From: Octopus vulgaris
Taxonomy: Eukaryota
Direction: 5' to 3'
DNA: 64,000 bases
Assembly: GCA_951406725.2 (NCBI GenBank)
Contig: OX597818.1
Coordinates: forward strand, 85,994,001 to 86,058,000
In this document: positions 54,241-64,000 of the stretch, one piece after another
How positions within the stretch are numbered: the stretch's first letter is position 1
Layout: each line of letters opens with the position of its first letter
The notes under the pieces: generated by a model
What the model saw: the letters and a program-made list of their open reading frames with translations, nothing else
The model's database searches: none
What the model was told of the DNA's origin: nothing
Made by a program: the position numbers and the translations under genes

Positions 54241-54880
54241 TGGATCTTTACCTTTTGACCGACAGATTTAAAAATAACTTTTTGTAACTAAACACTTTCA
54301 AACTTCGGACACTGGTAGAATGTGTCATATAAAACATCTTTTACTCTTAGCGTTTTTGAGAAAAGCTTATATTTAGGAGGTTATTTCACGTTAAATTTGC
54401 AGTATTTCGGTAATTTCAACCAATTAATGACGTGTATTCAGCTGTAAAAAATTACTGCCGTTGTTTGTCAACAAGAACTTCCGGCGGTGTATATTTCGTT
54501 TGTCATTGTTATTTATGACAACCCTAACCCCAAAACACTAACCTAACCCTAAAACCTTAACCCTAACTCTAACCCTAAAACCCTAACCCTAAAATCAGTA
54601 TAAACGCACGAACGATGTCATAAATAACAGTGACAAACGAAAAATACACAGCCGATAGTACGGTGTAATTTTATTCAGTTGAATACACATCATTGATTGG
54701 TTGAAATTACCGAAATACTACAACTTTAACGTGAAATAACTTCCTAAATATAAGATTTTCTCAAAAGCGCTAAGAGTAAAAGATGTTTTATATGACACAT
54801 TTTACCAGTGTCCGAAGTTTGACAGTATTTAGTTACAAACAATTATTTTATAAATCTGTCGGTCAAAAGGTAACGATCCC
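54241..54880. mobile_element. Foldback/MITE with ~270-bp TIRs and central telomere-like (TAACCC)n spacer
   Basis: 54241-54520 is inverted relative to 54616-54880 (termini TGGATCTTTACC / GGGATCGTTACC). 54520-54594 = degenerate (CCCTAA)n. Confidence 0.9.
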
Positions 54881-54881
54881 A

Positions 54882-55006
<125 letters not shown>

Positions 55007-55115
55007 CCCTGCGTCAGTAAAAATAATGGCGTATGGTTTTAATCCCAAATCATATCAGTAAAACAAGTTTCCCAGGAAATATATCGATTATAGTGCTGAG
55101 CGAATAACTCTCTCT

Positions 55116-55162
<47 letters not shown>

Positions 55163-55436
55163 GCACACACTCATACTCACACACGCATACACGCAGGAGA
55201 TTAGCAAATTAGTGTATTTAAACTTTAGCATTCCAGTATGAGCTTGCCTCATAAATGTAATTCATTCCTATAATTCTAAAAAGTTCTATAGATCAGCCAG
55301 TACACTCATAAACTTGCTATTGATATAATACATAATAACTTTCAGCTAAAAGCCACCGTAAATTATATATAGTGTGTATGTACGTATATATGCATGTGCG
55401 CATATATATATATATATGTATATATATATCTATCTA

Positions 55437-55507
<71 letters not shown>

Positions 55508-55824
55508 ATAATATAATATACGTACGTATGTATGTATATATGTATGCATGAATGTATGTTAGAAATCGGAGATATAATAATTAATTATTTTTGTTTTTCA
55601 TTTTGTATTATATTTGTTAATACAATCCTAATCTAGAGGTAGCTATCTTGTAGTTTCCACTTCAAAAGAAACAACTTACAAATACTGCACACAGATCCGA
55701 GCTATTTTTAATATATTTTTCCACCGCCATATATACATACGATTGTTACACACATTCAGCCTTACGTCACTAGATAGTATCTTAGCTCTTGTGTGTAACA
55801 GTGTATACATACATACATATATAC

Positions 55825-55935
<111 letters not shown>

Positions 55936-56950
55936 AACACACACAAACAGGCAGATAGACAGACACTCAGACAGATTGATAGATAGATTGATAGATATAT
56001 GCCTACAGAGAGGGAGCGATAGAATGATAGACAGATACAGAATGAGACAGACAGTCAGAGAGACAGATAGATAGGCAGCAAACAAATAGAAAGACATGCA
56101 TACACACATACGTACATACACACACACAATCATACATACATACATACATACATACATACATACATACATACATACATACATACATACATACATACATACA
56201 TACATACGTATGTACATACATGCAGACAGAGACACATATAACCGGGCCTTTGTATGTGTTTGTGCATCTGTTTCTGTGATAAAAAGAGGGAATTTTCTCT
56301 AATTTTTTTTCTACCACAAGGAGAACACGATTCCCTCTGTATCACGAGCTCTCACTTTGCCAGAAATAGTCGCACTTTTTTTCTTTCTTTTACGAAACAT
56401 GTAATGCAATGATCTACTTTCACTGCGATAACGATTTGAATTTAGAACCGTTGGATATATAACAAAAAGGGGAAAGAAAATACTCGAGCAAAATCTAGTG
56501 AAAATATTATAAGACGCGTCAAATGGATATTTACTGCGGAAGTTGGTGAGATAAGCGATTAGATGGATTAAAGGTAGCGCTTCAGATTAAAAAGGTGGAG
56601 GTATTTTCGTTTCCTGCTGATTGATAAGAAGACTAAGATGGTTGCTGACTGCTACTTTGATATATTTAATGAGATTACAGTTGTCAATGAATATGCTTTG
56701 AAGATTGGCTCTGTAAGACTAACCCATGTCTTTATAATTTTTAAATGGCTTTGAACTGTTAGACCCGAGGTGTGAGGTGTCGACTCAGCGCTGCTGATGC
56801 AACAACAGCAGCAGCAGCAGCAACAACAACAACAACAATTGCAATAGCAGCAGCAACAACAACAAAATGGAAACGCATTGCAGCAATGAACCAATTTAGC
56901 ATTCTAGCTATGATACCAACTGAGAACCATAGCATCCCTTTACTGTAAAT

Positions 56951-57350
56951 GCACAGTGGCTGTGTGGTAAGTAGCTTGCTAACCAACCACATGGTTCCGG
57001 GTTCAAGTCCCACTGCGTGGCATCTTGGGCAAGTGTCTTCTGCTATAGCCCCGGGCCGACCAATGCCTTGTGAGTGGATTTGGTAGACGGAAACTGAAAG
57101 AAGCCTGTCGTATATATGTATATATATGTGTATGTGTGTGTGTTTGTCCCCCTAGCATTGCTTGACAACCGATGCTGGTGTGTTTACGTCCCTGTCACTT
57201 AGCGGTTCGGCAAATGAGACCGATAGAATAAGTACTGGGCTTACAAAGAATAAGTCCCGGGGTCGAATTGCTCGACTAAAGGCGGTGCTCCAGCATGGCC
57301 GCAGTCAAATGACTGAAACAAGTAAAAGAGTAAAAGAGAAGAGTAAAGAG
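56951..57350 (+). mobile_element. SINE family B, best-preserved copy
   Basis: A box tggctgtgtggt, B box gggttcaagtccc, CORE-like cttgggcaagtgtc, internal (TA)/(TG)n, tail ending (gtaaaaga)n. Confidence 0.9.
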
Positions 57351-58005
57351 ATATTTATCTACATACAACCTGCTGTAAAGGCAGACATGCTAATGATTCT
57401 GCTAGGCCATAGAATCCTAAGTAAGCCAGACAAAATGCTTAGCAGTATTTATTCCGGCTCTTTACGTTCCGAGTTCAAATCCCACCAGGGCCAACTTTGT
57501 TTTTCTTTCTTCCGCGATCAATAAAATAAAATACCATCCAAGTACTGGGCTCAATACAATCGACTGGCCTCTCTCTTCAAAACTATTGACATTGTGCCTC
57601 TATAAAGAATGGAAAGAATGCTGTATCTACGGACTACATTATTCAATGTACCCTGTTTAAGACAAAGATGTATAATATGAAAGCCCACGTAGATGTTTTA
57701 ATGCTGGTTCATGATGTGGCGGTCATAGACCGCGGTAGCTATATGGTGAGATTAAATGACATGGTAGTTTATATGCTGTTGTTGTTGTTGCTCAGTCCCG
57801 GATCAACCTACATCGAAAACACCACACTAAAAGATATTTTAGCTATGACCATCCAGTCTTATTCTGTATCTAAGATTATATAGTTCAATGTCTTTTATTT
57901 TTCAAGACAGTGGCGCATAATTTGAAAGAGATTTGGTTGCTAATTGTTACGAGTTTTTCGCTTATCTACTGAGCATCTGTTCTCTTACTTGCATAAATCA
58001 CACAT

Positions 58006-58062
<57 letters not shown>

Positions 58063-58099
58063 CTCACATACACACAAACACACACACACACGCACGTAC

Positions 58100-58312
58100 T
58101 GGCTCTCCGTCGGTTACGATGACGAATGTTCAAGGTGATTCCGATCATCGGAACATCCTATTCGTAAAATTAGCGTGCAAGTGGCTGAGCACTCCACAGA
58201 CACATGTACATTTAACTTCTCTGGGAGATTCAGCGAGACAAGAGAACGTAACAAGGCTGGACTTCTGAGAATACAGGTACAACTTATTTTTTCCAGCTGA
58301 GTGGACTTGAGC
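58100..58312 (-). mobile_element. SINE family C-type tail fragment (others ~29060-29230, ~44810-44960, ~51180-51330)
   Basis: ccgtcggttacgatgacg...gtggctgagcactccacagacac matches 11895-12060. Confidence 0.75.
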
Positions 58313-58776
58313 AACACACATATACACACACACGTACACACACACAATGTCACGCACACAACATACACAGATTGACACATGCTGGCTTTGTGGCTATTGC
58401 TTCTATGAATAAAATAGTATTCTAGGGATTTGCAGACCGTTATTTTTTCTTAAATCCGATTTTCCGTTAAAAAATAAAATTTTTCGGTTGCCGTTCATTA
58501 TTTCACCCATAGCTCATACATAGTAGCGTAAAGAATTTGAACACACACACACACACACACACACAAACATATATACATACATACATACATACATACATAC
58601 ATACATACATACATACATACATACATACATACATACATACGTACATACATACGTACATACGTACATACATACATACATACATACATACACACAAACTCAC
58701 TCACTCTTTCTCACTTTTATCATTCTCTCTTGCTATCTATCTCTCTTTCTATCTATTTATCTCTCTCTATCTCTCT

Positions 58777-58854
<78 letters not shown>

Positions 58855-59614
58855 TTATCTATCTATCTGTCTATCTCCTCTACTCTCCTTCTCTTAAATA
58901 CACATACCAGTAATGGGAACATAAATTGAAAGCTTTACATTTTCATCTGAGTTCCTCCAAAGTATTTAAAATCGTCTAAGCCTAACTCTCTCGTTTTTTC
59001 TTTTTTTTTTTTTACCAGCCAAGAGGGTGTTATTATTTCTGAGAATGCCACCCTCTGTGACAACATTGAGTTGGGGGTTAAGGAAGGACGAGGAGGGACA
59101 AAAACGAAGAGTGCAGCCAGCAAAAACATATTTTTATCGCAAACATCAGCAAATATGGCTGCAAACGAATTAGCGGTTTATCTAATTCTTCAACCTGAAA
59201 ACATTAGCGTCTTGAAGGAAAGACACCCTTTAATTTGGGTCATTCTTAAAGGATAAACAGATGGTAGTGGTTTGATGAGTTCTCACAGACTTTCTGGCAC
59301 GGAATAATATTACCGAAAATGATACATAACTGGAATATTCTGTAGAGCAACTAACAGTTTGAATTTGTGCTGTAATGTAGAATTTGGCGTTGTATTCTTT
59401 TTTTTATTTAGTTTCATTTCTTTTGCCACATTTTTTCTTTAACTGGAATAATTTGAATGTAGTACGGAATTTCATAAATGATATCATGTTATGGGATGTT
59501 GTGAATTACCAGTTACATTGTAGTAGAGTCACTGAAGCCATTTAAAGAACATTAGTTGTACTTTCTTTAAAACATGATTTTGAAATAAAAACAACAACAA
59601 TAAAAATAATAATA

Positions 59615-59713
59615 TTTTCTGCTATAGGCACAAGGCCTAAAATTTTGGTGGGAGGGGGCTAATTGATTACATTGATCCCACTACTTGATTGGTACTTATT
59701 TTTGCCGGCTCAT

Positions 59714-59778
<65 letters not shown>

Positions 59779-59945
59779 GAGTTTCAAATTTTGGCACAAG
59801 GCCAGTAATTTTGGGGAAGGAGTATAGCTGATTACATCGACTTGAGTGTTCAACTAGCAATTGTTTTATCGATCTCGAGAGAATGAAAGGTAAAGTCGAC
59901 CTCGGCGGAGTTTGAAGTTAATACGTAAAGACGGACGAAATGCTG
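59615..59945 (-). mobile_element. SINE family A fragments flanking (TAA)n
   Basis: ggcacaaggcc...gattacatcgac...aaagtcgacctcggcgga. Confidence 0.75.
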
Positions 59946-59949
59946 GACC

Positions 59950-60715
59950 GCAAGAAAGAAATCTAGGACAGTACAAAGGCAGAGGATAGTGGTGATTTAC
60001 ATAGAATAGAGCAAACAGAAATAATAATAACAACTAACAAAAATATGTTTAACTAACAACTTCTCCTGTAGAAGAACAAACGTTTCTTAGGGACAATCTC
60101 GAAAACCAACAGACACCGATCCACCGAACTCACCAAGAGTGCCACGGCAAGTATTCCTTTCCCCTCCGTACTCCTCAGCCTACAGGCGCCAGCTTATAGT
60201 AGGCCCACTCACTTGAACCATTCTCGCCACATTCACCCCCTTCCAACAATACATCCCTTTCAACCCTCACATGCTTTTTCAAATGGAATTTAAAAAGTTG
60301 ATGAGAGCTTGGCCGAAGAGGAAAGTGTCTGTATTATTTCTTTTCAGTCTCGTCTTCCACTCAACCGCTTTTTTTGTCATAGCCGCCTGACACAGAAAAA
60401 AACTGCCTGCCCTTCGCGACTAAAGGAATGCGGCGCGGTGACCTCCACGATAGCATTAGCCAAAAGCCGGATTCGTCCAACACGTGCAGTTGTTCAACAT
60501 ATCTCCACAGGCCAGCAATGCTTGCGCACAGTACGAGAACGTGCATGACAGTTTTGTGCATTTTGGGCAGGGGCAACTGACGACACTACCATGCTTGTGG
60601 AGTTTATCCTGAGCCGAAGATGCCACCCCGGTAACACAGCCAAGCCAAGGATTTCTCGGAACAGACCAGCCAATTGATTTTGGTCGATGCCCAGAATTTT
60701 CCCGAGGACGTCGTC
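59950..60715 (-). mobile_element. Tx1/L1-clade LINE 3' fragment (decayed)
   Basis: DDVLGKILGIDQ..KSLAWLCYRG..DKLHKHGS..CPKC..TVMHVLVLC..LWRYVEQL, homologous to 63150-63450. Confidence 0.85.
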
Positions 60716-60922
60716 ATATTTTAATGTTTCTTGTCTTTACTGCATGCAAAAAACAAACAAAAAAAAAACAAAAACAGCTTAGATATTACGATGATCTTGT
60801 GTAAAATATATCTATTTTCGTAAGGTTAAAGAACTATTTCTTAAGTTAATTACAAGTGTTATTTAATAGTTTATCGCATACAGTGTACACAAATGTAAAC
60901 AAGAATAATTAGGAGTGTAGAT

Positions 60923-61106
60923 CAGTGCTCCGCAACCGGTATTCCACGGCACATTGGTATGCTACAAGACGATGGCAGGTGTGCCGCAGTGTAACTTGAA
61001 TATAATTTTTCCCTATACTTTTAGTTATATTGTTAGTTCAGTTGTACCACCGAATTTTGAAAAGAATATAAGTGTACCGTAAGTGTTAAAAGGTTGCGGA
61101 GCACTG
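60923..61106. mobile_element. hAT (Charlie-like) MITE, 184 bp
   Basis: Perfect 15-bp TIR CAGTGCTCCGCAACC. Perfect 8-bp TSD GTGTAGAT (60915-60922, 61107-61114). Confidence 0.93.
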
Positions 61107-61149
61107 GTGTAGATGACACACCGAAAGAAAAGTTTTTAATGAAATACGA

Positions 61150-61300
61150 TGTGTGCTTAAGAGGCTCGCTTTGCAGCAACTTGGTTTCCGGTTCGGTTCT
61201 ACGGCGTGGCACGTTGGGCAAGTGTCTCCTGCTGTAGTCCCGGGTTGACCAATAACTTGTGAGTAAGTGTGGTGGACGAAAAGTGTGGAAGACCGTCACA
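61150..61300 (+). mobile_element. SINE family B head
   Basis: gtggcacgttgggcaagtgtctcctgctgtagtcccggg. Confidence 0.7.
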
Positions 61301-61318
61301 TGTGTGTGTGCGTAAGTA

Positions 61319-61360
<42 letters not shown>

Positions 61361-61400
61361 ATGTAAGTAATAGCTTCTAATTTGTGTGTGCGTATGTGTA

Positions 61401-61453
<53 letters not shown>

Positions 61454-62299
61454 ATGTATGCGTGATTTACGATTATAGAGGAGACAACCTTTTCTGGGTT
61501 AAGTTGAGGAATTTACACCAAAGAGTAAAGAGTATATACATTTAATATTTTTTCTTTCTACATAACATAAAGTTCTTAAAGTTTCTTGTCGTTGTAAGCT
61601 CATATAGCGCTATTTCAACCTCTGTTGGAATCGTCATTGTGGCATAATTCAAGATTCTTCGAAATTAGTTTATAGTTTAAAAAGGCATATTTGATTTTTC
61701 CTTTCTTCTTTCATCTCGAATCGCTGTTTAGTAGTTGAGAAGAGAAAGAGAGAGAGAGGATGTGAGTGTGTGTGTGGACGGGTGGGGGGATTTCTTACTG
61801 TTTAACATTTGCAGGGCAAGTTTGCCTAGCAAATAAATAAATAAATAAATAAAGTTCTTTATGTAGTTTACAATTAATCTCTTCTTTACGAACAAATTTC
61901 TTTAACCTTATATACTTTTGCCCTAAATTTGCCCCTTCAGACAAACCGTTCTATATTTACAATTATAAAAGTATCATTTATCTTATCTACAATATTATAT
62001 ATTTTTCTATACATTTAAATGAAAATTAGATGGAGACAATGTTTTTCTCTAGATAATCGTTGTTTTTATAATGGCCTTATCATTATATTAGAATGTTCTC
62101 GAGTAAGACCGGTTTATAATACAAACTGAATGTTCTTCCTGAAAGCACCGATCTATAGAAATGGTAATTAAGTCGATCATTTATCATCCTTATTATAATT
62201 TACGCGACGAAACGTCCAAACATATTTTAATTCACCTTAATCACTTGTTATTTTTCTGTTTATTTTATTTTTTTCTGGTGATGTTTCTTATAGACAAAC

Positions 62300-62861
<562 letters not shown>

Positions 62862-63755
62862 GGAGGGCTGGGCATGCCGTGGTTGATGATGCGCAGACAC
62901 GCGCTGAGACTGCGGCATCTCTGGCTCTATGTAGACGACGGTGAACAGGTGTGGTCGCCGTTTGTGAGGCACGCTTTCCCGCAGCTCGTCTCCATGACCG
63001 AACTGCAGTCGTGGATCAAAAAGAGGCCGAGGAAGGGCGAATGGCACCGCGAGTGTCGCGTTGCTCTCAAGCAACTCTGCCGTCCTGGGTCGACCTTAAG
63101 TGACTTCAACACAACCAAAGCATTCTATAGGGGTTTAGTGGAGGGGAGGTACGACGACGAGCTCGGGGCGAACCTGGACGTCGACGAGGAGTACCTGACC
63201 CGCCTGTTCAGGACGACTTTCGGGCCAGGGCCCATGGACAACTTCCAGAGATCCCTGGCCTGGCAGTGCTACCGAGAAGCGCTACCCGTTCGGGATAAGC
63301 TCTACAGACACGGCTCGAGAAACACGGGGCCGACCTGCCCGAGATGCGGTCAGAGCGACGAAACCGTTCTGCACGCACTCGTTCAGTGTCCAACAATTTC
63401 CGACCTGTGGGCTTATGTCGAACAACTGCTGTCACGTGTGGGACGAGTCGGTTTATCAGCTGAGTCTATCGTCAATATTGTCACGCCTCCTTCCTTCAAA
63501 CGGGAAGGAAGAGCTATTTTCATCATCCTTGTGGCTATGGCGAAAGAATGTATCTGGTGGACGCGTCTGAAAGGATTGGAGACAAACACTTTCCTCTCTG
63601 GTCAATCTCTCATCAACTTCTTCAAGTACCACTTGAAAAGGAAAGTGAGAGTAGAGAGGCAAGTTTTGTCTAGCGAATGTTTTAAAAAAAGATGGGTGAA
63701 TGTAGCAAGAATGGCGCGTATGAATGACGAAGCCACCTTGAGCATAGTCCTATGA
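62862..63755 (+). CDS. Tx1/L1-clade ORF2 C-terminal part (post-RT region + CCHC zf-RVT-like knuckle), 5'-truncated but uninterrupted
   Basis: GGLGMP...LRLRHLW...[38 protein letters not shown]. 297 codons without a stop; the upstream part of ORF 62478-63755 is microsatellite. Confidence 0.9.
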   Translation, partial: GGLGMPWLMMRRHALRLRHLWLYVDDGEQVWSPFVRHAFPQLVSMTELQSWIKKRPRKGEWHRECRVALKQLCRPGSTLSDFNTTKAFYRGLVEGRYDDELGANLDVDEEYLTRLFRTTFGPGPMDNFQRSLAWQCYREALPVRDKLYRHGSRNTGPTCPRCGQSDETVLHALVQCPTISDLWAYVEQLLSRVGRVGLSAESIVNIVTPPSFKREGRAIFIILVAMAKECIWWTRLKGLETNTFLSGQSLINFFKYHLKRKVRVERQVLSSECFKKRWVNVARMARMNDEATLSIVL

Positions 63756-64000
63756 ACCCAGAAATCGAAAACAGAGAGTTGCTTATTTGCAAAAAAAAAA
63801 AAAAAGAAATATAAAATGTGACATCATTGACCGAGGTTACCGTGGTCTTTTCCGTAGGCTTTTCTTTGCACGGGTAAACCTCACCTGTCCTCCCCTTTAC
63901 ACTTCATATTGACATTTCTGTGATAACGATCCCTATTGATCAATTTTTTTCCTCTCCCCCTTTTTTTTAACCCCCTTTTTTTGTCCTCTTTCTCTCCTTT
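62862..64000 (+). mobile_element. Young 5'-truncated Tx1/L1-clade LINE inserted in (TATC)n; 3' UTR runs off the window
   Basis: Intact frame; 3' UTR shares motifs with 9372-9568. Confidence 0.9.

Noticed and set aside
54520-54594. True telomere or chromosome-fusion scar
   Set aside because: Short, degenerate, single orientation, and enclosed within a TIR element.
59019-59256. Possible terminal exon after a strong polypyrimidine/AG
   Set aside because: No recognisable protein; the 3' part loosely resembles dispersed repeat family D.

Overview
AT-rich, microsatellite-saturated eukaryotic DNA. The SINE repertoire and simple-repeat load suggest a coleoid cephalopod, probably Octopus (inference). 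No host protein-coding exon can be supported, so the window reads as intronic or intergenic, and nearly all ORF-track entries are microsatellite translation artefacts. The interpretable content is mobile DNA. Retroelements: dozens of tRNA-headed SINE copies from at least four families, a Penelope-like element (RT + GIY-YIG), R4/Dong RLE-type LINE fragments in (TAA)n, RTE fragments, and Tx1/L1-clade fragments including one young uninterrupted copy in (TATC)n. DNA transposons: a full-length decayed mariner, a mariner-derived foldback family, a deleted hATm element, hAT and Tc2-like MITEs with TSDs, and a foldback element carrying telomere-like repeats. Most notable: (1) several hammerhead-ribozyme motifs in short Penelope-type termini next to (TA)n/(CA)n, including a perfect 67-bp-arm palindrome with a hammerhead fold on each strand; (2) a SINE subfamily whose 3' tail matches the 3' end of the (TATC)n-associated Tx1-type LINE; (3) many foldback structures. 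Coordinates of decayed repeats are approximate. No database search or folding computation was run.
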